Positions 43,080 to 51,555 of a DNA stretch of 64,000 nt are shown piece after piece (within the stretch, counting starts at the first letter, position 1; each line of letters begins with the position of its first letter). The translations under genes were made by a program, and so were the position numbers. This DNA comes from Solirubrobacteraceae bacterium (lineage in GTDB: Bacteria; Actinomycetota; Thermoleophilia; Solirubrobacterales; Solirubrobacteraceae): contig JANWLE010000069.1 of assembly GCA_025451035.1 (NCBI GenBank), forward strand, positions 13,483 to 77,482, written 5' to 3'. Under the pieces are notes generated by a model, which saw only the letters and a list, made by a program, of their open reading frames with translations, did not search any database and was not told where the DNA came from.

Positions 43080-44606
43080 ATGAGCACAACTCCGCTGGGC
43101 ACGCTGCTCGGAGGGCGCTACCGGCTCGAGGAGAAGATTGGCCACGGCGGGATGTCCACGGTCTACCGCGCTTTTGACACGGTGCTCGAACGCGATGTCG
43201 CGATCAAGCTGATGCACCGCGACATCGCCGCAGACGTGGATCAACTCGAGCGCTTCCGGCGAGAGGCGCGGGCCGTGGCCCAGCTGAGCCATCCCCACAT
43301 AGTCACGGTGATCGACGCCGGCGATGACGACGGAGCTTCCTACATCGTGCTGCAGTACGTGGAGGGCGAGACGCTTAAGCAGCGGATTCGCCGCGACGGG
43401 GAGATGCAGACGACCCAGGCGCTTGCCTATGCGATCGAGATAGCGCGCGCCCTCGGGGCGGCGCACGACCACATGATCGTCCATCGCGATGTCAAGCCCC
43501 AGAACGTCCTGCTCAGCGTCGAGGGGGACGCCAAGATCACCGACTTCGGCATTGCGCGCACCCTCACCGAGCAGGGGTTGACGGTGGACGGACGCGTGCT
43601 GGGAACCACCGACTATGTGTCGCCAGAGCAGGCGCTGGGCCAGCCCGTCACGGGCCAGTCGGATATCTACTCGCTGGGGATCGTTCTGTTCGAGATGCTC
43701 ACGGGGCAGGTGCCTTTTACCGGCGAGAGCCCTGTCGCGGTCGCGATGCGGCATGTGCGCGAGGAGCTGCCCGACCTGCAGGTGCTTCGCCCTGATGTCT
43801 CTGCCGCGACCGCGTCGATCGTCGACCGTGCCACCGCGAAGGACCTCGCGGATCGCTATCCGGACATGGCGAGCATGGTCACTGAGCTCGAGCAGGCGCT
43901 GGCGATCGAGACATCTCGCTCGGGGCAGGCGACGGGCGAGGTCACCACGGTGCTGCGCACACTGCCAGCCGATATGCGCCACCGCGTTCCCTGGCATCTG
44001 CGCCACGGCATCCCTTGGCCTATAGCGCTGACGCTCGTCGCTGTGCTCGTGGGGGCGGCGCTGTTGTTCATCGCCAACAGCACCCATCGTGGTGGGGGAC
44101 TCGGGTCAGACGTGCTCTCTCCACCACACCTACAGGCCGTGACGCTGGGGCAGGCCGCCGCACACGACTACAACCCGTTCGGGAACACGCCCGAGCACCC
44201 CGATGAAGACTCCAACGTAATCGATGGTGACCCCGGCACTTCCTGGAGCACAGAGCACTATGTGGGCGGCAACCTTGGGAAGCCCGGGGTTGGCATCTAC
44301 CTCGACGCCCAACCTGGGCTAGCCGCGCGAGCGATCGCCATTCAGACGCCCACGCCGGGATTCCAAGCCGCTATTTATGCGGCAAGCGAATTCAGTCGCT
44401 TGCCGTTTGGCCAATCCGCGAGCTTGGCGCAGCGAGGCTGGAGGCAGCTCTCAAAGCCGCGCGCCATCGGTTCGCGGACCGATATTCCACTGAACACGCA
44501 GGGGACTCGCTTTCGCTACTACCTGGTTTGGATCACCAGGCTGCAGCCGAGCACCGAAGCACCGGCAGTCGCCGCCGAGATCTCTGAAATGACCCTGTTC
44601 AGGTAG
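43080..44606 (+). CDS. Ser/Thr protein kinase with a TM helix and an extracellular discoidin-like domain
   Basis: GHGGMSTVYRA, HRDVKPQN, DFG and SPE motifs. The C-terminal domain is shared with the protein at 26318..27388. Confidence 0.9.
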   Translation: MSTTPLGTLLGGRYRLEEKIGHGGMSTVYRAFDTVLERDVAIKLMHRDIAADVDQLERFRREARAVAQLSHPHIVTVIDAGDDDGASYIVLQYVEGETLKQRIRRDGEMQTTQALAYAIEIARALGAAHDHMIVHRDVKPQNVLLSVEGDAKITDFGIARTLTEQGLTVDGRVLGTTDYVSPEQALGQPVTGQSDIYSLGIVLFEMLTGQVPFTGESPVAVAMRHVREELPDLQVLRPDVSAATASIVDRATAKDLADRYPDMASMVTELEQALAIETSRSGQATGEVTTVLRTLPADMRHRVPWHLRHGIPWPIALTLVAVLVGAALLFIANSTHRGGGLGSDVLSPPHLQAVTLGQAAAHDYNPFGNTPEHPDEDSNVIDGDPGTSWSTEHYVGGNLGKPGVGIYLDAQPGLAARAIAIQTPTPGFQAAIYAASEFSRLPFGQSASLAQRGWRQLSKPRAIGSRTDIPLNTQGTRFRYYLVWITRLQPSTEAPAVAAEISEMTLFR

Positions 44607-44662
44607 CGCTGTATTTTGCGCCTGACCGTCCGGGGCGAGCACCAGCTGCGGTGCTTGACCTC

Positions 44663-45691
44663 TTAGTATCGGTAGGCTGCCCGCCGCCGATGGCGCTCGA
44701 GCGCCAGGCGACAAAGCCGATCGACTAGTTCCGTGTAGTCGATTCCTGAGGCTGTGATGAGCTTGGGGTAGACGCTCGTGGGAGTGAAGCCGGGCATTGT
44801 GTTGAGCTCGTTGACGAGTACCTGCTCGCCGCCGACGAAAAAATCCACGCGCGCGAGGCCTTCGCAGCCGCTCGCCGTGAAGACCTCGATCGCCAGATCC
44901 TGCACCCGTTGGTGTAGCTGCGCAGAGATCTTTGCGGGAACGAGCAGCTCCATGCCGCCGGGCTCATACTTGGCGCTGTAGTCATACCAGTCGCCGTGCA
45001 GGCATATCTGCCCTGGCACCGAGGCGAGCGCGGCGGCGCCAGGCGGCGTCTGCTGCTGGCTCAGAACGCCGAGTACGGCACACTCGACCTCCACTCCGCT
45101 AGACGCCGCCTCGACGATTGCCAGCGCGTCGTGGGTGAATGCCGCGTCGAGCGCGACCGCCAGCTCGTCGCGGTGCGTCACCTTGACGATGCCGACCGAG
45201 GAGCCCAGGTGCGCCGGCTTCACAAACGCCGGCAGTCCCAGGCGGGAGAGCTCTTGCTCGATTCTCTCGCGATCTGTACGCCAGCGCGCCTCGCTCACGC
45301 CCTCATAGTCCACCTGCGGTATACCCTCGGCAGACATCAGGTCCTTGAAGAGGACCTTGTTCATGCACAGCGCCGATGCGCTGACGCCCGCGCCGACATA
45401 CGCGACGTCGAGCATCTCAAGCGCCCCCTGCACCGTGCCGTCCTCCCCGAACGGGCCGTGTAGGACAGGGAAAGCGACGTCGGCTCCTAGCAGCCCCTCG
45501 CCGGGGCAAATGCTCAGCGGCGTTCCGTCATACAGCCACTTGCCGTCGCGCGCGATCGTCACTGCGAGCACCTCGTGCCCACCTGCCAGCAGCCCCGCGC
45601 GAACAGCCCGGGCGGAGGCCAGCGATATCTCGTGCTCGGAGGAGCGCCCCCCGGCGAGGAGGGCGATAGTCAAGCGCTGCGGCTCGCTCAC
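44663..45691 (-). CDS. ddl: D-alanine--D-alanine ligase
   Basis: LLAGGRSSEHEISLASA, HGPFGEDGTVQG and EVNTMPGFT-like NELNTMPGFTPTSVYP. 4-nt overlap with the pknB stop. Confidence 0.92.
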   Translation of the reverse strand: MSEPQRLTIALLAGGRSSEHEISLASARAVRAGLLAGGHEVLAVTIARDGKWLYDGTPLSICPGEGLLGADVAFPVLHGPFGEDGTVQGALEMLDVAYVGAGVSASALCMNKVLFKDLMSAEGIPQVDYEGVSEARWRTDRERIEQELSRLGLPAFVKPAHLGSSVGIVKVTHRDELAVALDAAFTHDALAIVEAASSGVEVECAVLGVLSQQQTPPGAAALASVPGQICLHGDWYDYSAKYEPGGMELLVPAKISAQLHQRVQDLAIEVFTASGCEGLARVDFFVGGEQVLVNELNTMPGFTPTSVYPKLITASGIDYTELVDRLCRLALERHRRRAAYRY

Positions 45692-47574
45692 TGGCCTGGA
45701 GCTGGGGTCGCCGGCGGGTTCGGGGTTGCTGGTGGCGGCGTCGTTGTGGTGGTCGAGGTCGTCTGCTGCGGTTCGGCTACCCCGATCGCCAGCGTAACTG
45801 TCGATCCGCGGCGCGCCTTGTTGCCAGCGTGAGGGTTCTGCTCGACCACCAAGCCCACCTTGGTGGTGTCGCTGACGGGCAACGTGACTGTCTTTGCCTT
45901 GAACCCGGCGCCTTCAAGCGCGGCTGCCGCCGCGGCTGCTTCCTGGCCAAGCACGTTGGGAACCGCCGCTTCCTGTGGGGCCTGGGCTACCGTGAGGTTC
46001 ACGGCGCTTGCTGGCAGCACCATCGCGCCGTGTTCGGGTGACTGGGAGAGCACGGTCCCGGCTGGCTTACTCGTCGTTTGCTGGGGGGTTATGAGGCCGA
46101 CCTTCAGCGAAGCTGCGCTGAGTGCCGCTTCGGCCGCCTGCTGGCTTTCGCCTGTGACGCCCGGCACGCTGACCTTAGCTGGTCCGCTGGAGACGAGCAC
46201 GGTGATCGGGCTGCCCAACTGCACCACGGTGCCCGCTGGCGGTTCGGTCGAGATCACGATCCCAGCCTTGACGGAGGAGCTTGCCTGGGTTTCGGACTTG
46301 GGTTTGAAACCATCGTGTGAGAGTGTCCGCAGTGCGTCCTCGCGCCGCAGTTTGGACACGTCGGGGACCGAAGCGCTGCCCGGTCCGGTGGACAGCACGA
46401 CCCGCACCCGCGAGCCTTTTTTGACGAGGCTCGCCACGTGGGGAGAGGTGCTGATCACAAGGCCGTTGGCGACAGTCGAGTTGGAGCTTTGCGTGAAACT
46501 GGGCGTCAACCCGGCTTCCCGCAGGCGTGCATCGGCGGCCGCGCGTGACACGCCAAGGACGTCTGGGACTCTCACGCGGCTGGTATCGGCGAACAGCAGC
46601 AGCAGCGCGCCGGCTATCAGAGCGGCGAGCAGCGCGGCGCCGCCGATCAGCAGGCTGCGCCGTCGCCGTTTGCCGGGGAGAACCCCGTTGGCTGGATGTG
46701 TGGCGACGGTCGCTGGTGTCGGAAGCACAGTGGTTTGGCGCCGCTCTTGAAAGCCATCCTGGCCCGCCTGCTCGAGCGCCTCGATGAATTCCTCTGCGCT
46801 GGTGAAACGCTCGGCGGGGTTCTTGGCTAGCACGCGCGCCACGATCGCGTCGAGTGCTGGCGGGACCAGCGGGTTGATCGAGCTAGGCGCCGGTGGCTGC
46901 GCCGACACCTGCTTGAGCGCGATGCTCACCGCGGTCTCGCCGTCGAAGGGAATCCGCCCGGTCAACAGCTCGTACAGCACGATGCCGATCGCGTACAGGT
47001 CGGATGCCGCGCTTACCGGCCTTCCCTGTGCCTGCTCGGGTGAGAGGTACTGGGCGGTGCCCATGATCGAACCGGTGAGTGTCATGTCCGAGGCGCCGGC
47101 GCGGGCGATGCCGAAGTCGGTCACCTTTGCACGGCCCTCCTCGTCGAGGATCACGTTGTGCGGCTTGAGATCGCGGTGGATGATCCCCTGGCGGTGTGCG
47201 AAGCGGGCCGCCTGCAGGATTTGGATGACGATGTCGGTGGCCACGGCCGGATCGAGCGGGCCGTGTTCCGCGACTAGCGCCTTCAACGAGCGGCCAGGCA
47301 GGTACTCCATCGCTATGTAGTAGGTCCCGTTCCACTCGCCGCGATCGAAGATCGAGACCACGTTGGGGTGAGATAGCGATGCCGCGCTCGACGCCTCGCG
47401 GCGGAAGCGCTCGACGAATTCCTGGTCTTCGACGAAGCGGCGGTGAAGAACCTTGACCGCGACCTTGCGGCCCAGCAGCTGATCTTCAGCGAGATAGACA
47501 TCGGCCATCCCGCCTGAGCCGATGCGTGAGATCACCTTGTAGCGGTTGTCGATAACCGTCTGAGGCTCAATCAT
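45688..47574 (-). CDS. pknB: PASTA-domain Ser/Thr protein kinase
   Basis: Kinase core (GSGGMADVY, HRDLKPHN, DFG), a TM helix and four PASTA-like repeats. Confidence 0.92.
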   Translation of the reverse strand: MIEPQTVIDNRYKVISRIGSGGMADVYLAEDQLLGRKVAVKVLHRRFVEDQEFVERFRREASSAASLSHPNVVSIFDRGEWNGTYYIAMEYLPGRSLKALVAEHGPLDPAVATDIVIQILQAARFAHRQGIIHRDLKPHNVILDEEGRAKVTDFGIARAGASDMTLTGSIMGTAQYLSPEQAQGRPVSAASDLYAIGIVLYELLTGRIPFDGETAVSIALKQVSAQPPAPSSINPLVPPALDAIVARVLAKNPAERFTSAEEFIEALEQAGQDGFQERRQTTVLPTPATVATHPANGVLPGKRRRRSLLIGGAALLAALIAGALLLLFADTSRVRVPDVLGVSRAAADARLREAGLTPSFTQSSNSTVANGLVISTSPHVASLVKKGSRVRVVLSTGPGSASVPDVSKLRREDALRTLSHDGFKPKSETQASSSVKAGIVISTEPPAGTVVQLGSPITVLVSSGPAKVSVPGVTGESQQAAEAALSAASLKVGLITPQQTTSKPAGTVLSQSPEHGAMVLPASAVNLTVAQAPQEAAVPNVLGQEAAAAAAALEGAGFKAKTVTLPVSDTTKVGLVVEQNPHAGNKARRGSTVTLAIGVAEPQQTTSTTTTTPPPATPNPPATPAPGQ

Positions 47575-49000
47575 GCAGCAGCACTTCCATGACTTCTCTG
47601 GCGACCGGGGCAGCGAACGACGCGCCCTGACCTGGCACGCCCTTCAAGGTCACCGCGATCGCCACTCGTGGGGCGCTGGTAGGCGCAAAGGCGATGAACC
47701 AGACATTGTTGATAGCGGCGCCAATCTGGGTCTCGGCTGTGCCGGTCTTGCCAGCAACTGCGACACCGGGAATCTGCGCAGAGGTGCCGGTTCCTTCTTT
47801 GACGACTGCTTCCATCATCTGCGTGACCGCGGACGCCGTCGAGGGCTTCATCACGACCGCCTGCACGCTCGGAGATATCTGTTCGACGATCCTGCCTTCT
47901 GGGTCGACGATCTTCTGCGTCAGATGCGGCGCCATCAGCCTGCCTCGATCCGCGACGGCCGCCGCGACCTCTGCCATCTGCAGGGGCGTCACCTGGAGCT
48001 TGTCTTGCCCGATCCCCATGCGGCCGACGTCCACTTCAGGGCTGGTCGGCCGGATCAGCCTGCCTGCGAGATACTCGCCGCTGCTCGACATCTCGCTCGA
48101 GGGATAGTCAAGTCGTGGCTTGTGGTCGAAGCCGAACCGTTCCATGTAGCGGGCTAGCGTCTGCTTGCCGAGCTGTTCGGCCACTTGTGCCCACACCGTG
48201 TTGACCGAGTGAGCCAACGCTTCGGTGAGCGTTATCTGGCCGAAAGTCTCGTTGTTGTCGTTGTTCAGCGGCACGCCCGAGACGACGATCCCGTTGCGGC
48301 CGCTGAGTGTGGAGGACGGGCTGAAGCTGCCCGTGTCGATCGCGGCAGTCGCGGTGACGATCTTGAACGAGGATCCTGGCGCGTACCCGAATTGCGTGGC
48401 GCGGTTGACCAGAGGGGACCCCGCGCTAGCGTTCAGCTGCTTGAGTCCTGAGAGCGAGCTCGCGCGGTTGGGATCGAAGCCCGGCGAGGAGGCCATCACC
48501 TTGACCGCTCCGCTGCGCGGGTCGAGTGCCACCACTGCTCCTTCGTGGCCGGCGAGCGCTTTGGCGGCCACGAGTTGCGCCTTGGGGTCGAGTGTCGTGA
48601 TCACATTGTCCCCTTGCCGGCGCTTACCCTGCAACTGGTCGAGGATCGCCTGCACGTATTCCTGCGTTTCGCCGGAGAGAAGATGGTCACGATCGGTCTC
48701 GAGCCCGGTCTGACCGGTTTCCACGAATGCGTACCCGATCGCGTTGGAGAAAAGTTCGCGTGTGGGGTAGATGCGCTCGTATGTCCCTTCCCCGGCGGGC
48801 TTGCTACGGGCGAGCACCGTCCCGTCTTCGGTGGTGATCTCGCCACGCTCGATGCGCTTCTGCTCCAGCAGCTTGCGCACATTGAAATGGTTGTCGCGCA
48901 GCGTTGAGGCTTCGAAGACCGTCCAGCGTGAGGTGAACGCCACGAGCAGTGCGAACAGCAGCACGACGAGGGCGTAGAGGCGGACGATCGGGCGGTTCAT
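47567..49000 (-). CDS. pbpA: Penicillin-binding protein (class B transpeptidase, PbpA-like)
   Basis: N-terminal TM helix, with SxxK (PGSSFK), SVN and KTG(T) motifs. Confidence 0.9.
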   Translation of the reverse strand: MNRPIVRLYALVVLLFALLVAFTSRWTVFEASTLRDNHFNVRKLLEQKRIERGEITTEDGTVLARSKPAGEGTYERIYPTRELFSNAIGYAFVETGQTGLETDRDHLLSGETQEYVQAILDQLQGKRRQGDNVITTLDPKAQLVAAKALAGHEGAVVALDPRSGAVKVMASSPGFDPNRASSLSGLKQLNASAGSPLVNRATQFGYAPGSSFKIVTATAAIDTGSFSPSSTLSGRNGIVVSGVPLNNDNNETFGQITLTEALAHSVNTVWAQVAEQLGKQTLARYMERFGFDHKPRLDYPSSEMSSSGEYLAGRLIRPTSPEVDVGRMGIGQDKLQVTPLQMAEVAAAVADRGRLMAPHLTQKIVDPEGRIVEQISPSVQAVVMKPSTASAVTQMMEAVVKEGTGTSAQIPGVAVAGKTGTAETQIGAAINNVWFIAFAPTSAPRVAIAVTLKGVPGQGASFAAPVAREVMEVLLHD

Positions 49001-49011
49001 CGGGTTGGCGG

Positions 49012-50211
49012 CTAGCGCTCCAGCTGCCCTTGTTCGAGGCTGCGCACTAGTTGCGCGGCGTTGCTTTCAGAGCGAAGCGAATGGTTCAGCAGCGAGCGCC
49101 TGCGCGTCGGCGGGATGGTCGACGCTGGCACGCCCGATACGTAGTGCTGGCTATACAGGTTCAGTTTGCCCGGCAGCGTGTAGGGCAGGCCGGAGTAGAT
49201 GGTGACCAGCCCGCGCTGGTTGGTCGCGATGAAGTACACGGACTGAATGGCCAGGTAGGCTCCGGCCGCCAGCACGCCGAGCACGATCAGCAGCGCCAAT
49301 GGGACGCGCAGGCGCCGCCGCCACACAGTCCGCCGCGCGAGGGGCCGCTGGGCCGGCGGCCTGCGGGGAGCACGACGTACAACGCCCACAACGCCCCGCT
49401 CGGAGGCGGCCCCCGCGGCGAGCTCCGTGTCCTGGCTGGCGAAGTTCGTCAGCGTGTGGTGTGCTGTGAGGCCCGACTCGGCTGCGCCATCTACCTCCTC
49501 TAGGCGGAAGAGCACGACGGTGATGTTGTCGCGACCGCCCGCTTCGTTTGCGGCGCGCAGCAGCGTCTCGGCGGCGTCGCGCAGGCGGTCGTGCCCTATC
49601 AGCAGCTCGCGTATCTGGCTCTCTTGCAGCATCGTTGTCAGGCCGTCGCTGCACAGCAGATAGACATCGCGTGCGCGTCCGCGGTAGGAGCGCGTGTCGA
49701 CCTCGACAGTGGGTTCTGGCCCGAGTGCCCGGGTGATGATCGAGCGCTGCGGATGCTCTTCGGCTTCCTCGGGCGTCAACTTGCCTTGGCGCATCAACTC
49801 GTCCACCAGCGAGTGATCGTCGGTGAGCCGCTCGAGCTCGCCGTCACGCAGGCAGTACACCCGGCTGTCCCCGACGTGGGCGATCGAGACGTCCTGCTCA
49901 CCGACATACACAGCCGTCAGCGTCGTGCCCATGCCTGCCTGCTTGGGGTTGCTCTGAGAGAGCTCGTGTATGCGCGCGTTTGCCTCGAGCGCACGGGCGG
50001 TGAGGCTTCCCTCTGGGTCGCGCCGGGCGTCGTCTCCCAGGCCTTCACGGAACGCATCGACGGCGGTGCGTGAGGCGACCTCGCCGGCTTGTGCTCCCCC
50101 CATGCCATCGGCCACCACGAATAGCGGCGTGCGGACGAACAGAGCGTCCTCGTTGGCCGGGCGCTGGCGGCCTGTATCGGTGGCCGCATGCTGCTCAGCT
50201 ACGCGTAGCAT
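49012..50211 (-). CDS. pstP: PP2C-family Ser/Thr phosphatase with a C-terminal TM anchor (PstP-like)
   Basis: TDTGRQRPANEDA, VADGMGG, LLCSDGL and DNITVV. ATG 50211 lies 1 nt after the fhaB stop. Confidence 0.9.
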   Translation of the reverse strand: MLRVAEQHAATDTGRQRPANEDALFVRTPLFVVADGMGGAQAGEVASRTAVDAFREGLGDDARRDPEGSLTARALEANARIHELSQSNPKQAGMGTTLTAVYVGEQDVSIAHVGDSRVYCLRDGELERLTDDHSLVDELMRQGKLTPEEAEEHPQRSIITRALGPEPTVEVDTRSYRGRARDVYLLCSDGLTTMLQESQIRELLIGHDRLRDAAETLLRAANEAGGRDNITVVLFRLEEVDGAAESGLTAHHTLTNFASQDTELAAGAASERGVVGVVRRAPRRPPAQRPLARRTVWRRRLRVPLALLIVLGVLAAGAYLAIQSVYFIATNQRGLVTIYSGLPYTLPGKLNLYSQHYVSGVPASTIPPTRRRSLLNHSLRSESNAAQLVRSLEQGQLER

Positions 50212-50212
50212 G

Positions 50213-50710
50213 TCAATCGACCTCGAAGGTAAATTCACTGTCACCGATGCGCACCCGATCGCCGGAATGCAAGGGGCGGGGGCTCTCGAGCTGCTCCTCG
50301 TTGAGATAGGTGCCGTTGGTCGAGCGGAGGTCTTCGATCGCGAAGATGCCTCCCTGCTCGTAGATCCGGGCGTGCTGGGATGAGGCGAAGGGATCCTCGA
50401 GTCTTATCTCGGCCTGGTTCCCGCGCCCGAGCACGACCTCGCCCTCGAGGTCGTAGATCATTCCGGGCTCGTGGCCGGGTGCGCGCTCGACGGTCAATCT
50501 CGGTGTCTGCTTTGAGATGTCGGACCGCAGCGGCGCTGAGGCAGAGTGAAGGCCGGTGGCGTCCATCGGTGGCCCAGCCGCATTCGAGTTGCCTAGCTCT
50601 CGCCCGCGCAGGTCGCGAAATGCGCTGCGCGCCACCCATAGCAAAAAGAGGTAGAGGACGAGCAAGAAGCCGAACTTCAACGCTACCGATACAGGTGCGA
50701 GCGTGTTCAT
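50213..50710 (-). CDS. fhaB: FHA domain protein with an N-terminal TM helix (FhaB/FipA-like)
   Basis: ATGA overlap with fhaA. FHA core: VVLGRGNQAEIRLEDPFASSQHARI...STNGTYLN. Confidence 0.85.
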   Translation of the reverse strand: MNTLAPVSVALKFGFLLVLYLFLLWVARSAFRDLRGRELGNSNAAGPPMDATGLHSASAPLRSDISKQTPRLTVERAPGHEPGMIYDLEGEVVLGRGNQAEIRLEDPFASSQHARIYEQGGIFAIEDLRSTNGTYLNEEQLESPRPLHSGDRVRIGDSEFTFEVD

Positions 50711-51462
50711 CTGAGCTGGAAGACGATCTCTGTGTTGCCGAGCTGGATACGGTCCCCGTCTTGTAGCTCGCGAGGCTCTGAGACGGTGCTCCCGTTGACA
50801 TGCAGGCCATTGGTCGAGCCCAGGTCTTCGATCGCCCAGCTCTCGCCCCAACGGATCACCTTCGCATGTTGACGTGAGACGCCGACGTCATCCAGAACGA
50901 TGTCGCAGTTGCGACTGCGGCCTACGGTCGCGCCTCTGCGGGGAACCACCAAGCGCTTGCCGTCAGCCAGAACGAACGCGCGTTGCTGTTCGCGTTCCGG
51001 TTGCTCGCTCGCGCCGCGAAAGCGCGCGGCCGCGCTGTAGATCATCGTATGGCCATGTTCTGCCTGGCGTAGCTCGCCGCTGTCGTCGTCCTCTTCGTGG
51101 ACCATCCTGACCTGAATACCGAATTCGCCGAGCGAGAGCTGCTCGTCGGTGTTGAATGTGATCACCGGCCGTGATGCGAGCGTAAGCTCTTCGCGTCTAG
51201 CGTGCTCGAGCAGGTACGCGCACAGCTCATCGATGACTTCATCCTCGACCTGCTGGTAGCGGGCGCGATCCTCCGGCGACAACCACACTAGGTACTCGTT
51301 CGGGACGTAGACGCGGGTTACGGACGAGGTGCGGTGCTCGTCCATCTCGCGGACGAGCTTGTGAGCGATCTCCATGGGTCGCACCTCGGAGCGGAACATG
51401 CGACCGAAGCCGCCTTCGAGGAGGCCAGCCAGCTTGCTCTCAACTGTCCTGAAGATGTTCAT
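50707..51462 (-). CDS. fhaA: FhaA-like protein (DUF3662 N-terminal domain plus a C-terminal FHA domain)
   Basis: MNIFRTVESKLAGLLEGGFGRMF...; FHA core: TVGRSRNCDIVLDDVGVSRQHA...STNGLHVN. Confidence 0.88.
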   Translation of the reverse strand: MNIFRTVESKLAGLLEGGFGRMFRSEVRPMEIAHKLVREMDEHRTSSVTRVYVPNEYLVWLSPEDRARYQQVEDEVIDELCAYLLEHARREELTLASRPVITFNTDEQLSLGEFGIQVRMVHEEDDDSGELRQAEHGHTMIYSAAARFRGASEQPEREQQRAFVLADGKRLVVPRRGATVGRSRNCDIVLDDVGVSRQHAKVIRWGESWAIEDLGSTNGLHVNGSTVSEPRELQDGDRIQLGNTEIVFQLR

Positions 51463-51555
51463 TGCTACCGATCTCTGGGATCCTGCGGCTCGAGCACTCT
51501 ATGACTTCTAGCTGCCGCGGCAGCCGGCGAGAGGCTCGGCCCGATCCATGCTATG

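Noticed and set aside
43074-44087. 337-aa minus-strand ORF antisense to the Ser/Thr kinase. Similar long antisense or off-frame ORFs occur inside gyrB, gyrA, the glycan cluster and the Pro-rich LytR_C gene.
   Set aside because: These are typical GC-rich shadow ORFs with Arg/Pro/Gly-dominated sequences. In each case the opposite or alternative frame carries complete, recognisable domain motifs.
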